NCBI GenBank assembly: GCA_965263035.1
Contig: OZ253580.1
Coordinates: 5,824,001-5,888,000 of the forward strand
Source of the DNA: Acidobacteriota bacterium
Lineage (GTDB): Bacteria > Acidobacteriota > UBA6911 > RPQK01 > JAJDTT01
Direction of reading: 5' to 3'
Length of the DNA: 64,000 nt
Shown: positions 22,892 to 34,466 of the stretch, piece after piece
How positions within the stretch are numbered: the stretch's first letter is position 1
Layout: the number at the start of each line of letters is the position of its first letter
Notes under the pieces: generated by a model
Database searches by the model: none
Told to the model about the DNA's origin: nothing
Seen by the model: the letters and a program-made list of their open reading frames with translations, nothing else
Program-made: the position numbers and the translations under genes

Positions 22892-24721
22892 TCAGATTCG
22901 CTTGAAGCCGCGAAGGATCTCTTCGATTCCTACCCTCAGGACGATAGGACGTCCGTGAGGGCACGTATATGGCGTCTCACAGACCATGAGTCGGTCCAGG
23001 AGCCACTGGATTTTCTCTCGAGACAGAGGAGTGTTGATCCTGATGGCACTTCGACAGGCTAGGCTGATGGCGATCTTCTCCCGCCGGCGCCGAAGTAAAG
23101 AACCCTCCGCGACCATGTTTGTCTCCTTCCCCTGAAAGCTGCTCACAATCTCCTGAAAGAGTTCCAGCGTGTCGCACGATCGGGCCAGCGCGGGCACACC
23201 GCGCACGAGGATCGTCCGGTCCCCGAACCATTCCACGACGAAGCCATTGTGGTTGAGATCATCCAGAATCTCATCCAGCGTAGCCTTCTGCTCCGGCGTC
23301 AACTCCAGCTTCAGCGGTTCCAACAGATACTGCGTCGCCGTTTCTCCTGCCTCGTCCATCTCCTTCAGGGTACGATCGAAGAGGATCCTTTCATGGGCGA
23401 CATGTTGGTCGATCAGTAAGACACCATCTCTGTCTGCCGCCACGATGAAGCTCTCTACGAACTGCCCCAAGACGACCGGGACCGAGCTGACGCCGCTGGT
23501 CTCCGGGATGTTGTCCATATGTGGGTCTACTCCACCTTCCCGAACAACCGGCGCCGGCGCAACGGAGTCTCGGCTAAGGTCGGCGCCACCTCCATGAGAG
23601 GGTGGGGAAAAGAGAGCCGTCGCAGGATGGCCAGTATGGAATCGTGTCTGAACCGTGGGGCCGGGCGCATTACGGGAGAATGACGGCGGCAGGTCTCTCG
23701 CCAAGCTCGACAGGTCGACCCTGTGTTGCTGCAACGCCTCCTCGACCGCGTGCAAAACGGCGGAATGCACGCTCCCGCTGTGACGAAAACGAACCTCCGT
23801 CTTCGCCGGGTGAACATTGACGTCCAAATCCTCGGGATCGACGTCGAGAAAGAGCAGAACTCGGGCATGAGATCGGGCCGGCATGGCATCCCGGTAGGCT
23901 TCTCGAACGGCATGGGCCATGACCCGGTCGCGGACCATTCGCTGATTGACGAACAGGAATTGCGACGCCGTGCTGCTTCTGTGGTCGTGGGGCAGAGAAA
24001 CGAATCCATTCACTCGAAGGTTGTTTTTCCGGTAGTCGACGGGAACCAGGTTCTCCAGAAAGGACTCACCCAATACCTGGAAAACACGATCCTCGAGTCC
24101 CGCGGAAACATCTGCCTCCAATAGCAATCGGCTATGGTGGCTAAAATGGAACCGGACCGACGGGTAAGCGAGGCAATAGTGGGTCAGCTGTCGCGTCAGA
24201 TGCCCAAGATCTGTAGAGTAAGACTTCAGAAATTTCTTTCTTGCAGGAACATTATAGAACAAATCCTCTACAAGAACTTCAGTTCCACTGGCACAGGATA
24301 TTTCTCGGACTTTGACGAGTTGACCTCCCTGAATCTGCACTTCGGTTCCCGGTTCCTCAGAACCGGATTGGGAACTGGGGCAGGTCCTGAGCCTGAGACG
24401 CGAGACCGACGCGATCGAGGGAAGCGCCTCTCCTCGAAAACCCAGTGTCCGAATTCGCGTTAGGTCTTCAAGGGTCCTGATCTTGCTGGTGGCATGGCGC
24501 TCGAAAGCGAGTCGAGCGTCCTCCGGACTCATTCCCACGCCGTTGTCACGAACGCAGATCAGACGCTGGCCACCAGCCTCTGCCCGAACCGAGACCGACG
24601 TCGCCCCCGCGTCCAGCGAATTTTCCAGCAATTCCTTGAGCACGGAAGCAGGACGCTCGACAATCTCGCCGGCGGCGATCTGATGGGTCAGAACCTCGGG
24701 TAAAAGTTGAACCTTTCCCAT
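22892..24721 (-). CDS. mutL: DNA mismatch repair endonuclease MutL
   Basis: IAAGEIVERPASV.KEL.EN..DAGA, GFRGEAL, DQHVAHERI, ACR, CPHGRP. Confidence 0.98.
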   Translation of the reverse strand: MGKVQLLPEVLTHQIAAGEIVERPASVLKELLENSLDAGATSVSVRAEAGGQRLICVRDNGVGMSPEDARLAFERHATSKIRTLEDLTRIRTLGFRGEALPSIASVSRLRLRTCPSSQSGSEEPGTEVQIQGGQLVKVREISCASGTEVLVEDLFYNVPARKKFLKSYSTDLGHLTRQLTHYCLAYPSVRFHFSHHSRLLLEADVSAGLEDRVFQVLGESFLENLVPVDYRKNNLRVNGFVSLPHDHRSSTASQFLFVNQRMVRDRVMAHAVREAYRDAMPARSHARVLLFLDVDPEDLDVNVHPAKTEVRFRHSGSVHSAVLHAVEEALQQHRVDLSSLARDLPPSFSRNAPGPTVQTRFHTGHPATALFSPPSHGGGADLSRDSVAPAPVVREGGVDPHMDNIPETSGVSSVPVVLGQFVESFIVAADRDGVLLIDQHVAHERILFDRTLKEMDEAGETATQYLLEPLKLELTPEQKATLDEILDDLNHNGFVVEWFGDRTILVRGVPALARSCDTLELFQEIVSSFQGKETNMVAEGSLLRRRREKIAISLACRSAIRINTPLSREKIQWLLDRLMVCETPYTCPHGRPIVLRVGIEEILRGFKRI

Positions 24722-24890
24722 TACGAAGAGTATAGCAATTCCCGTTCAGGACGAGGTCTACCTCTGCGCAGCCGCCGACTATGGCGCTCTGAAGCAAGAG
24801 TAACGGGGTGCGGCGGGCTTTTTGCGGCCGATCACGAGACGGAGGCGCATCTCCTCAGTGCCGGATCGTGCGGGTGGGAACCCCGGTGTT

Positions 24891-26648
24891 TCAGGTCAGC
24901 CGCAAATGGAGTTCCCGTTGCTGCCGCAAGCTGACGCCAGACGGCGAGCCCGACATGAGATCCATCGCTCTGGCGGTCTTGGGAAAGCAGATAACGTCAC
25001 GAATGGATTGTTCACCCGCCAGAATCATGACGATTCTGTCCAGACCCAGGGCAATGCCACCATGGGGAGGAACCCCGAAACGGAGCGCATCGAGGAAGAA
25101 ACCGAACTTGGTCTGCATTTCCTCCGGACCGATCCGCAATGCCTCGAAGACCCGCGCCTGCAGCTCCTGACTGTGGATACGAATCGAACCTCCGCCGATC
25201 TCCGTGCCATTCAGAACCACGTCGTACGCCTTGGCACGGACTCGTTCCGGCGCGGTATCTAGCAGGTGCAAATCCTCCTCTTTCGGAGAAGTGAACGGAT
25301 GGTGACAAGCCAGAAAACGAGAGTCCTCTTCGCTCCACTCCAGCAGCGGGAAATCGTAGACCCAGAGACAGGCCTGCCGATCATTCGAGATCAGATTCTG
25401 CTGCTTTGCCAGATGGAGCCTCAGTAGGGACAGGGAATTGTTGACCTGAGATTCGGCTCCAGCCACCATCAGCAGGATATCACCGACTTCAAGTTCACCG
25501 AATTCCGCCGCGCGCCGGAGTACCGAGGCTCCCACGCTCTTTGGCAAGGAACTTCTGAAGCCACCCGCCGTGGACTTGATCCAGGCCAGACCGCCGGTTC
25601 CAAGCTCCGTGACAAACCGGGTCAATTCGTCGGTCTCCCGGCGGGTGTAAACTGCCTTTCCCGGAACCCGAATCCCCCGGATACATCCTCCTTCCTCCAG
25701 GATTCGGCGGAAGATCTGGAATCCGCTTTTCTCAAAGGCGTTCCCCACGTCCCGCAATTCCAATCCGAACCGGGTATCGGGGCGATCCGTCCCGTACCGG
25801 GACATGGCTGCCGTGTAACTGAGTCTGGGGAAGGGCACCGCCAGATCGTATCCCGCAACCTTGAAGATTCGTTGGAGCAGGGACTCCACAAGTTGGAAGA
25901 CATCTTCAGGTTGAACAAAGGACATTTCGATGTCTATCTGGGTGAACTCGGGCTGCCGATCGGATCGGAGGTCCTCGTCACGAAAGCAGCGAACGACCTG
26001 GAAGTATCGATCGAAGCCGGAAACCATCAGGAGCTGCTTGAACAGCTGCGGCGACTGGGGAAGGGCATAGAAGTGTCCCCGGTGAACTCGGCTGGGAACC
26101 AGGTAGTCCCGCGCCCCCTCTGGGGTGGACTTGGTCAGGAAGGGAGTCTCGATTTCCAGGAATCCGTGGCGGTCCATCAGTTTGCGGGTTTCCAGGCAGA
26201 TTTCGTGACGCAGCCGGACATTGGCCTGCATACGGGGCCGCCGCAAGTCCAAATAGCGGTAGCGCAACCGGGTCTCCTCTGAAGTCCCCTGTTCCTCGGA
26301 GATGGGAAAAGGCGGGGTCTGGGAGGCACTCAGGAGCCGAATTTCCTCCGCCCGGACTTCTACCGTACCCGTAGGAATCTGGACATTGACGGTCTCCTCG
26401 TCGCGTTCGATCACGTTGCCCACGACGGCAACGACATCCTCGGACCGGAGCTCTTTTGCCTTGTCGAGGACTGCCTTGTCTTCCGCACTGGCGACTACCT
26501 GCACCGTTCCCTCACGATCCCTGAGATCTATGAAAATCAGGTTGCCCAGGTCCCGGGTCCGGTCCACCCAACCCATGACGGTCACACGTTTGCCCACATC
26601 TCCTGGCCGTATCGCCCCACAGCAGTGGCTCCGTTGGAGACTGTCCAT
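24891..26648 (-). CDS. aspS: Aspartate--tRNA ligase
   Basis: FIDLRD, RYRYLDLRR, TPEGARDY, LPQSPQLFKQ, FRDEDLR.DRQPEFTQ, PPHGGIA.GLDR. Confidence 0.98.
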   Translation of the reverse strand: MDSLQRSHCCGAIRPGDVGKRVTVMGWVDRTRDLGNLIFIDLRDREGTVQVVASAEDKAVLDKAKELRSEDVVAVVGNVIERDEETVNVQIPTGTVEVRAEEIRLLSASQTPPFPISEEQGTSEETRLRYRYLDLRRPRMQANVRLRHEICLETRKLMDRHGFLEIETPFLTKSTPEGARDYLVPSRVHRGHFYALPQSPQLFKQLLMVSGFDRYFQVVRCFRDEDLRSDRQPEFTQIDIEMSFVQPEDVFQLVESLLQRIFKVAGYDLAVPFPRLSYTAAMSRYGTDRPDTRFGLELRDVGNAFEKSGFQIFRRILEEGGCIRGIRVPGKAVYTRRETDELTRFVTELGTGGLAWIKSTAGGFRSSLPKSVGASVLRRAAEFGELEVGDILLMVAGAESQVNNSLSLLRLHLAKQQNLISNDRQACLWVYDFPLLEWSEEDSRFLACHHPFTSPKEEDLHLLDTAPERVRAKAYDVVLNGTEIGGGSIRIHSQELQARVFEALRIGPEEMQTKFGFFLDALRFGVPPHGGIALGLDRIVMILAGEQSIRDVICFPKTARAMDLMSGSPSGVSLRQQRELHLRLT

Positions 26649-26720
26649 GCTGTCGATGCTGTAGGCAGGTCGATTCAGCGCTTGCTTGCCAGCGGTTGCC
26701 ACTTCTCTGATCCTCCTCCC

Positions 26721-27983
26721 TCACGCCGATCTTACGTGTTGGGAGATCCTTCCCTGCTGCAATCGAGTCTGGGTTCCATCGGCCATTCTCTTGATGGAGT
26801 AAAGCCCGGTGCGAATCTCGTCGTCTCCGATGACGCATACGAACTGAGCACCCAGCCGATTAGCCAAGCGCATCTGGCCCCGGAGCTTGCGCCCGCCAAA
26901 GTCCACGTAGGCAAAAATCCCCTCTCGACGAAGTTCTCGAGCCAGAGTGAACGCTTTTTCCAGGGACTCCTCGTCCAGATAGGCGAGAAAGATCTCAGGC
27001 CGTGGGGAACGATAGTTCGCAGCCAACTCGTGGTCTTGGGACAGGAGCAGAACCAAGCGCTCCAGACCCAGTCCAAAACCGAAACCCTTTGCCGGTGGAC
27101 CCTCCAAGAGCTCAGACAGTCCATCGTAGCGTCCGCCTCCGAGCAACGCGTTCTGCGTTGGGCCCAAGCGATCCGTCACCATCTCAAACGTGGTCCGCAC
27201 ATAGTAGTCCAGACCTCGAACCAATCGAGGCGTCACCGCGTAGGGAATCCCAATCAGATCCAGGAATTCTCGAAAGCGGCCGAAGTGATCCCGGCATTCG
27301 TGGCACAGTTGGTCCAGGATAGATGGGAGATTGTCAATGATCGGAGAACAGGACGGCTTCTTGCAGTCCAGGACGCGAAGCGGATTCCGCTGGGACCGCC
27401 TTTGACACTCTGCGCAAAGATCCGACTCTGCCAGCAATCTTTCTTGGAGGAGGCGAACGTAGGCCGGGCGGCAGGACAGGCAGCCCACGGAATTCACCAG
27501 AAGCTGGACTCCCCGAACTCCCAGATCGTCCAGCAAGACATGAAGCATCTCCATGACTTCCGCCTCGATGCCCGGATGATCCGAGCCCAGAACTTCGGCT
27601 CCGATCTGATGGAACTGGCGATAGCGGCCTTTCTGAGGTCTCTCCCTGCGAAACATGGGTCCGACGTAATAGAGCTTCGCGAGACCGCTCTCACGATTCA
27701 GGTGGTTTTCCAGGTAAGATCGAACTACGGGTGCGGTGCCCTCGGGTCGGAGGCTGATGTCACGGCCCCGTCGAGCGGGTATCGTGTACATTTCCTTCTG
27801 CACGATGTCCGTCTCCTGTCCGAGACTACGGCAGAAGAGATTGCTTTCCTCCAATATCGGAGTTCGGATCTCACCGAAGCCGTAGCGCCGGAAGAGTAGA
27901 CGAGTCTTCTCTTCGATCTGCTGCCACAGTTCCACGCTACCGGGGAGAATGTCGTGGGTTCCCCGAACTGAGCGAACGTTCAT
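26721..27983 (-). CDS. hisS: Histidine--tRNA ligase
   Basis: RGTHD, LRPEGTA, RRERPQKGRYRQFHQ, LVRGLDYY, GGGRYDGL. Confidence 0.98.
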   Translation of the reverse strand: MNVRSVRGTHDILPGSVELWQQIEEKTRLLFRRYGFGEIRTPILEESNLFCRSLGQETDIVQKEMYTIPARRGRDISLRPEGTAPVVRSYLENHLNRESGLAKLYYVGPMFRRERPQKGRYRQFHQIGAEVLGSDHPGIEAEVMEMLHVLLDDLGVRGVQLLVNSVGCLSCRPAYVRLLQERLLAESDLCAECQRRSQRNPLRVLDCKKPSCSPIIDNLPSILDQLCHECRDHFGRFREFLDLIGIPYAVTPRLVRGLDYYVRTTFEMVTDRLGPTQNALLGGGRYDGLSELLEGPPAKGFGFGLGLERLVLLLSQDHELAANYRSPRPEIFLAYLDEESLEKAFTLARELRREGIFAYVDFGGRKLRGQMRLANRLGAQFVCVIGDDEIRTGLYSIKRMADGTQTRLQQGRISQHVRSA

Positions 27984-28215
27984 GATGGGGCCCGATTATA
28001 CCCTACCCCCTGGAATCGAAAGGAGGGTTGAACCATGTCAGGGCAGGGGTCCCCTCCGGGAGGCAAAGACAGGGCCATCCCATCAGGGCTGCGGCGCAGT
28101 ATTCAGAATAGCCTGAAATATGAACGTCTCGTTGATTTTGAACCGGGGTCAAGGCCGGCCGAGCACCGCGGCGACTCTTGCCGAAGACTGCTGAAAAGTC
28201 CGGGTCAACTCATAC

Positions 28216-29133
28216 TTAATTCGCGTACTCTCCAATTTTCCGGAACTTTTCATGACGAGAATCGATTCGATCTTCCGGGTCCAGAGCGGAAACCTCCTCC
28301 AAGTGGCGGGAAAGCGCCCGGGACAGCTCGGCCGTCGTTAGATCCCAATCGTTATGTGCGCCTCCCGGAGGCTCCGCAACAATCTCATCGACGATTCCGA
28401 ACCGGCTCAGATCCTGAGCGGTGAGCTTCAAGCTCTGGGCGGCCTCGCGAACATGATTCTGATCTTTCCACAAGATGGCGGAGCAGCTCTCCGGGGAAAT
28501 GACAGAGTAGATGGAATTCTCCAGCATGAGGATCCGATCCGCCAAACCCACCGCCAAGGCTCCTCCACTGCCACCCTCTCCCAGAACGGTCGCGATGATG
28601 GGAACCCGAAGTCCGGCCATGGATCGCAGGTTGTAGGCTATAGCTTCAGCCTGACCCCGTTTTTCGGCTCCCAGTCCAGGATAGGCGCCAGGGGTGTCGA
28701 TAAAGGTCAGGACGGGGCGTCCAAACTTCTCAGCCAACTTCATCAACCGCAACGCCTTACGATATCCCTCAGGCTTCGGCATCCCATAATTGCGCTCCAA
28801 GCGCTCTTTCGTATTTCGCCCCTTCTGGTGGCCCAAGACCATGACGGCCGCACCCTTGAAACTGGCCATCCCGCCCACGATCGCCCGATCGTCCGCATAC
28901 TTGCGGTCGCCGTGGATCTCCCGAAATGAATCAAAAAGACGGTCGAAGCAATCGAGAGTGTAGGGTCGATCCTGGTGGCGTGAGATCTGCACTCTGGCCC
29001 ACGCTTCGTCAGGGGACAATTGACCGGTTCGCTGCTGATCGGGCTGACGAGCCTGTTCCTGAATCTGGAATCGCGAGTGCTCTTCCATCTGTTCTTTGAG
29101 TGCAACAATTTCTCGTGCCTTCTCGATGGTCAT
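28216..29133 (-). CDS. accA: Acetyl-CoA carboxylase carboxyltransferase alpha subunit
   Basis: HGDR...DD, PEGYRKA.RLM, DTPGAYPG, GEGGSGGAL, VISPE.C. Start approximate. Confidence 0.97.
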   Translation of the reverse strand: MTIEKAREIVALKEQMEEHSRFQIQEQARQPDQQRTGQLSPDEAWARVQISRHQDRPYTLDCFDRLFDSFREIHGDRKYADDRAIVGGMASFKGAAVMVLGHQKGRNTKERLERNYGMPKPEGYRKALRLMKLAEKFGRPVLTFIDTPGAYPGLGAEKRGQAEAIAYNLRSMAGLRVPIIATVLGEGGSGGALAVGLADRILMLENSIYSVISPESCSAILWKDQNHVREAAQSLKLTAQDLSRFGIVDEIVAEPPGGAHNDWDLTTAELSRALSRHLEEVSALDPEDRIDSRHEKFRKIGEYAN

Positions 29134-29238
29134 AGCCTCAAATCGAAGGTCACTTAGGAAACTGATTGCCAGCCGTTCGGGCGGCACGAGTCGTGCGGCT
29201 GCGAGAATTCGATTCCCGTTCTGGATCGGACGTCCGCG

Positions 29239-32200
29239 CTAAGTATACAGAGTGACGGAGCGTTTCCCAAAAAGATCTTCCACTGCAGTGACGAAGGAAG
29301 GAATCGGATTGACGGCAAGCTCCTGGACGGGGAACAGTCGAATTCGATACGACTCCTGCTCGACCAGCTCGAACTGCAGGGGGCACTTGCCAGGGTGACG
29401 GCTCACCAGATCATGAAGACCAGTGACCTTGTCGTTGTCGAGGGAGGGCAATGGGATGGTGATCCGCGCAGACTGGACGGCTCCGTTCCAGAGACTGTCC
29501 AGGGGGACCAGGTCGGAACAGAGGATACGCATCTTGCCACGGACGTCCGACTCGCATCGGCCGCGCAGCAACACCGGCGGAGCCGCCTCCAACAGCGATT
29601 GGCACCTCCGGTAGGCCTTGGGCCAGACCAGGACGTCCACGCTCCCCGTGAGATCCTCCAGGACGAAGGTCGCCATGGCGTCCCCTTTTCGAGTCGTCAG
29701 ACATTTGACCTCGCTGATCAACCCACCGATTGAGAGTTCCCGGCCTGCCGTCTCCTCGGAAACCTCATGCGTCTTGATGTCCGAGAAGCGAGCCAACTCG
29801 GCCTGGTAGCCCTTGAGAGGGTGACCAGTGACGTAGTGGCCCAGCGCCTCCTTCTCATACTGCCACTTCAGGGGGTCCGGCCATTCTCCCTCCGATTCGC
29901 TCCCGAACGGTTTGGCTGCCACCGGTCCCATCCCCAGCTGAAAGAGGTTCAGCTGTCCGCTGAGTCGATCCTTTTGCGCCTTTTGTGCCCTTTCGATGGA
30001 GCGGTCCAGGTTCTCCAACAACCCTCTTCGAGTATGGTTCAAGGAATCGAATGCTCCCGACTTGATCAGTGCCTCCAGGACCCGTTTGTTGAGGGTCCTC
30101 AAATCCACATGTTCCAGGAAGTGGGAAAAGCTGGTGAAGGACTCCATCTCATCTCGACACGAGAGGAGCGACCGAATGGCCGCCTCTCCCACGTTCCGGA
30201 TGGCGGCGAGACCGAAGTGAATGCTTTCTCCGCGTGCTGAGAAGTGGAGAGATCCGCTGTTGATGTTCGGTGGCCGGACCCGTATGCCCACGTCACGGCA
30301 TTCGTTCAGGTACCGGACCATCTTGTCGTTGTTGGAAATCTCGCTGGTGAGCAGGGCCGCCATGAACTGGACGGGATAGTGGCTCTTGAGATAGGCGGTC
30401 TGATAGGCCAGGATCGCATACGCCGTGGAGTGGCTCTTGTTGAAACCGTACCCCGCGAACTGCTCGATAAGATCGTAGATCTTCTGGGCCTTGTTCGGAT
30501 CGACGCCCCGTTCCCGACAGCCCTCCAGGAACTTCTTCTCCTGGCCCTGCATGACCTTCTTCTTCTTCTTTCCCATGGCCCGGCGCAGCAGGTCGGCTTC
30601 ACCCAGGGAGAAACCAGCCAGTTTGCTGGCAATCTGCATGACCTGTTCCTGGTACACGATGACCCCGTAGGTCTCTCGCAGGATCTCTTCCAGTTCGGGC
30701 ACTTCGTACCGGATCCGGACCTTGCCGTGCCGCCGCGCCACAAAATCGTCGATCATTCCGCCCTGGATGGGTCCGGGGCGATAGAGGGCATTCATGGCGA
30801 TGAGGTCTTCGAAACGGCTGGGCTGGAGCTGCTTCAGGATTTCCCTCATCCCCCGTGACTCGAACTGGAAGATGCCGGTGGTGCGGCCCTCGCAAAAGAG
30901 CCGGAAAGTCTCTTCATCCTGGAGATCGATCTCTTCCAGATTGATCTCCAGGTTCGACTGCTCTCGAACCTGCTCCAGGGTCTGGTCGATGAGTGTCAGC
31001 GTGGTCAGCGCCAGGAAATCCATCTTGAGGAGCCCCAGCCGCTCCAGGTCGTTCATGGTGTACTGGGTCGTAATTTCATGCTTGCTGGACTTGTACAGAG
31101 GAATGAGCTCAATGAGCGGTCTTGGAGCAATGACGATGCCGGCCGCATGGGTGGACGCGTGCCGGGCCAGCCCTTCGAGGCGTTGAGCCACATTCAGAAG
31201 CTGCTCGTAACGCTCGTCGCTGGATGTGAGCTCTCGCAGCTCCGTGACGGTCTTCAGGGATTTCTTCAAAGTGACGTCAGGACCCGTCGGGACCAGGCGA
31301 GCGATGCGGTCGACCTCTCCATAGGGGATGTTCAGTCCGCGCCCCACGTCCCGGATGGCTCCTCGGGCGGCCATGGTTCCGAAGGTGATGATCTGACTCA
31401 CGTTGTCGCGTCCGTACTTCCGGGTCACATAGTCAATGACCTCGTTCCGGCGGTGCATGCAGAAGTCGATATCGATGTCGGGCGGAGTGACCCGCTCCGG
31501 ATTCAAGAAACGTTCGAAGAGGAGACCATATTGGAGCGGGTCCACGTCGGTGATCTGCATGGCATACGAAACCAGGCTTCCGGCCGCCGATCCCCGACCG
31601 GGACCCACGGGGATTCCTTGTTCCCGCGCGTATCTCATGAAGTCCCAAACGATCAAGAAATACCCGGAAAATTTCAGCTTCCGGATCATGTCGATTTCCT
31701 GGTCCAGACGCTCGGAATACGCCTGCTGCGAAAGAGCCGGCCCGTCTGATGCCTGCCGCTTCTTCAAGGTCGGCAACCGCCGGGAAAACCCATCTCGAAC
31801 CACGGTCTCGAAATAGGAATCCAACGTATCTCCGGCGGGGACTTCGAACTCCGGAAACACGGATCCGGTGTCTTCCAACCGGAACTCACACTGCTCGGCA
31901 ACGGCCAGAGTGTTGGAAAGCGCTCCCGGGACGTGCCCGAAAAGCTGGGCCATTTGCTCTGGAGTCTTCAAGAAGAACTGATCGGTTCTGTAGCTCAGCC
32001 GGTTGGTGTCCTGGACTGTCTTGCCAGTCTGGATACAGAGCAGAACATCATGGGGAAAGGAGTCCTCCTGAGACAGGTAGTGGCAATCGTTGGTAGCGAC
32101 CAGCGGAAGATCCAACTCCTTGGCCAAACTCAGAATTCCGGGATTCACAGACTTCTGAGCTTCTATCCCGTGGTCCTGCAGTTCCAGATAGAAGCGGTCC

Positions 32201-32706
32201 TTGCCGAAGATTTCCGAGAGCTCGCCAGCCTCCTTGCGCGCCTCCTCGTAACGATCCTGATGCAGATTCCAGGCCACGATCCCCTTGAGACAGGCCGAGA
32301 GTCCGATCAATCCCTCACTATGTTGCTCCAGCAACTCACGATCGATGCGCGGCCGATAGTAGAACCCCTCCAGGTACCCCAGCGAGACGAGTCTGACCAG
32401 GTTCTGATAGCCCTTCTGATTTCTGGCCAGGAGAACCAGGTGGTTGCTTCCATCCGATCGACCCGTCTTGACGGTTCGGCCATCTCGGGCGACGTACACC
32501 TCACAACCGATAATGGGTTTGACACCGGTTTTGACTCCGGCATCGTGGAACTGGATCGCTCCAAACAGATTGCCGTGATCTGTCAGGGCGATCGCCGGCA
32601 TCTTCAGTTCGGACGCTCTCTTGAACAGGGCGTCGATTTTGTTGGCTCCATCCAGCAGGCTGAAATGGCTATGGACGTGAAGGTGGACAAATTCAGCTTG
32701 GCCCAT
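29239..32706 (-). CDS. dnaE: DNA polymerase III alpha subunit
   Basis: PHP domain HLHVHS..SLLDG, GRGSAAGS, PDIDIDF, KMDFL, YGFNKSH. No intein evident at 1155 aa. Confidence 0.98.
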   Translation of the reverse strand: MGQAEFVHLHVHSHFSLLDGANKIDALFKRASELKMPAIALTDHGNLFGAIQFHDAGVKTGVKPIIGCEVYVARDGRTVKTGRSDGSNHLVLLARNQKGYQNLVRLVSLGYLEGFYYRPRIDRELLEQHSEGLIGLSACLKGIVAWNLHQDRYEEARKEAGELSEIFGKDRFYLELQDHGIEAQKSVNPGILSLAKELDLPLVATNDCHYLSQEDSFPHDVLLCIQTGKTVQDTNRLSYRTDQFFLKTPEQMAQLFGHVPGALSNTLAVAEQCEFRLEDTGSVFPEFEVPAGDTLDSYFETVVRDGFSRRLPTLKKRQASDGPALSQQAYSERLDQEIDMIRKLKFSGYFLIVWDFMRYAREQGIPVGPGRGSAAGSLVSYAMQITDVDPLQYGLLFERFLNPERVTPPDIDIDFCMHRRNEVIDYVTRKYGRDNVSQIITFGTMAARGAIRDVGRGLNIPYGEVDRIARLVPTGPDVTLKKSLKTVTELRELTSSDERYEQLLNVAQRLEGLARHASTHAAGIVIAPRPLIELIPLYKSSKHEITTQYTMNDLERLGLLKMDFLALTTLTLIDQTLEQVREQSNLEINLEEIDLQDEETFRLFCEGRTTGIFQFESRGMREILKQLQPSRFEDLIAMNALYRPGPIQGGMIDDFVARRHGKVRIRYEVPELEEILRETYGVIVYQEQVMQIASKLAGFSLGEADLLRRAMGKKKKKVMQGQEKKFLEGCRERGVDPNKAQKIYDLIEQFAGYGFNKSHSTAYAILAYQTAYLKSHYPVQFMAALLTSEISNNDKMVRYLNECRDVGIRVRPPNINSGSLHFSARGESIHFGLAAIRNVGEAAIRSLLSCRDEMESFTSFSHFLEHVDLRTLNKRVLEALIKSGAFDSLNHTRRGLLENLDRSIERAQKAQKDRLSGQLNLFQLGMGPVAAKPFGSESEGEWPDPLKWQYEKEALGHYVTGHPLKGYQAELARFSDIKTHEVSEETAGRELSIGGLISEVKCLTTRKGDAMATFVLEDLTGSVDVLVWPKAYRRCQSLLEAAPPVLLRGRCESDVRGKMRILCSDLVPLDSLWNGAVQSARITIPLPSLDNDKVTGLHDLVSRHPGKCPLQFELVEQESYRIRLFPVQELAVNPIPSFVTAVEDLFGKRSVTLYT

Positions 32707-32788
32707 ATCGCTTAATTCCTCTGGGTCGGCGGTGGGACCGATTGAAGGAGGAGGCCGTGTCCCGTTGTGTTTCCGAGGGAGGTTCCGA

Positions 32789-34321
32789 TCATTCCCATTC
32801 GATGGTTCCCGGTGGCTTTGAGGTCACGTCGTAGACCACCCGGTTCACACCCCTGACTTCGTTGACGACGCGGACGGAAATCCGGGCGAGAACTTCTCGG
32901 GGCAGGGCAACCCAATCCGCAGTCATGCCGTCGACGCTGTCGACGGCGCGAATCGCGACCACGTGCTCGTAGGTTCTACCATCCCCCATGACACCCACGC
33001 TCTTGACCGGCAACAATACCGCGAAAGACTGCCAGATCTGCGCGTAGAGGCCCGCCCGGCGTATCTCCTCATCCACGATTCGATCCGCCTGCCGCAGCAA
33101 CTCCAGCCTCTCTTCGGTCACGGGGCCCAGGATGCGAACCGAAAGGCCGGGACCCGGAAAGGGTTGTCGCCACAGGATTTCCCGCGATAGGCCCAGTTCC
33201 TGACCGATCTGACGGACCTCGTCCTTGAAAAGGTCTCGCAGCGGCTCCACCAACTCCAATTCCATCTGCTCCGGCAATCCCCCGACGTTGTGATGACTCT
33301 TGATCACGGCCGATGGCCCCTTCACGGAGACCGACTCGATCACGTCCGGATAGAGCGTTCCCTGGACCAGGAAGCGGACGTCTCCCAGCTTCCGGCATTC
33401 TTCTTCGAAGACTCGAATGAAGGTTTCTCCGATGATCTTCCGTTTCCTTTCCGGTTCATCCACACCGGCCAGCAGATCCAGAAACCGGGATCGCGCTTCC
33501 ACCCCGACCACGTTCAGTTGCAGTTGTTCCCGTACCGTGTTGAGCACCTGCCGGAACTCTCCGTCCCGCAACAAGCCGTTGTCCACGAAGACACAGGTCA
33601 GGCGATGGCGGATGCTCCGGTGGACCAGGATAGCGGCCACGGTAGAATCTACACCTCCCGACAGTCCGCAGACGGCTCGCCCCGATCCCACCCTGTCCCG
33701 GATCTGATCGACCGTACTCTCGATAAAGGAGGCCGCGGTCCAATCCCGCTTGCAGCCGCAGACCTTCACAAAATTGGAGATGACCTCTTGTCCCAGAGGC
33801 GTGTGCGCGACCTCCGGGTGGAATTGGACACCGAAGATCCGCCGCTCTGCGTTTTCCATGGCGGCCAAGGCGTTGTGCGTGGACGCCACCGGATGAAAGC
33901 CGGGAGGCAGGGCTTTTATTCGGTCGCCATGGCTCATCCAGACCTGCATCGTACGGGGAAGACCGTCCAGCAGGGGCGAGGGACGGGACCGTTCCAGCTG
34001 GGCCTTTCCATACTCCCGTTGGGACGGGTGAACCTGGCCGCCGAACCGGTGGGCCAGAAGGTGCATCCCGTAGCAGATTCCCAGAAGCGGGACATCGCAG
34101 GAATAGACTCGAGGATCGGGATACGGCGCCCCTTCCTCGAACACGGACCGGGGGCCGCCGGAAAGAACGATTCCGCTGGGCTGGCGCCTCGCGATCTCCT
34201 GAAACGGGGTGTGATAGGGAAGTACCTCCGAGAAGACGCGAGCCTCTCGAATCCGGCGGGCAATCAGTTGCGTGTACTGAGACCCGAAGTCGAGAATAAC
34301 GATGACTTCTCGCCTGCTCAC
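32789..34321 (-). CDS. guaA: GMP synthase (glutamine-hydrolysing)
   Basis: [50 protein letters not shown]. Likely GTG start 34321. Confidence 0.98.
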   Translation of the reverse strand: MSRREVIVILDFGSQYTQLIARRIREARVFSEVLPYHTPFQEIARRQPSGIVLSGGPRSVFEEGAPYPDPRVYSCDVPLLGICYGMHLLAHRFGGQVHPSQREYGKAQLERSRPSPLLDGLPRTMQVWMSHGDRIKALPPGFHPVASTHNALAAMENAERRIFGVQFHPEVAHTPLGQEVISNFVKVCGCKRDWTAASFIESTVDQIRDRVGSGRAVCGLSGGVDSTVAAILVHRSIRHRLTCVFVDNGLLRDGEFRQVLNTVREQLQLNVVGVEARSRFLDLLAGVDEPERKRKIIGETFIRVFEEECRKLGDVRFLVQGTLYPDVIESVSVKGPSAVIKSHHNVGGLPEQMELELVEPLRDLFKDEVRQIGQELGLSREILWRQPFPGPGLSVRILGPVTEERLELLRQADRIVDEEIRRAGLYAQIWQSFAVLLPVKSVGVMGDGRTYEHVVAIRAVDSVDGMTADWVALPREVLARISVRVVNEVRGVNRVVYDVTSKPPGTIEWE

Positions 34322-34466
34322 CGGAACCTCTTTGCTCGGAGCGGAATCGGCCCTTTGCCGAGTGACGGGAGCGGAGTATAGCACGCCATTCTGACCCCCA
34401 AGTGCCCTTTGCCGCCCGCGCCGGCCCCCCTTGACTCGGGTTCTGGCAGGCGGGACCATCTCCAGA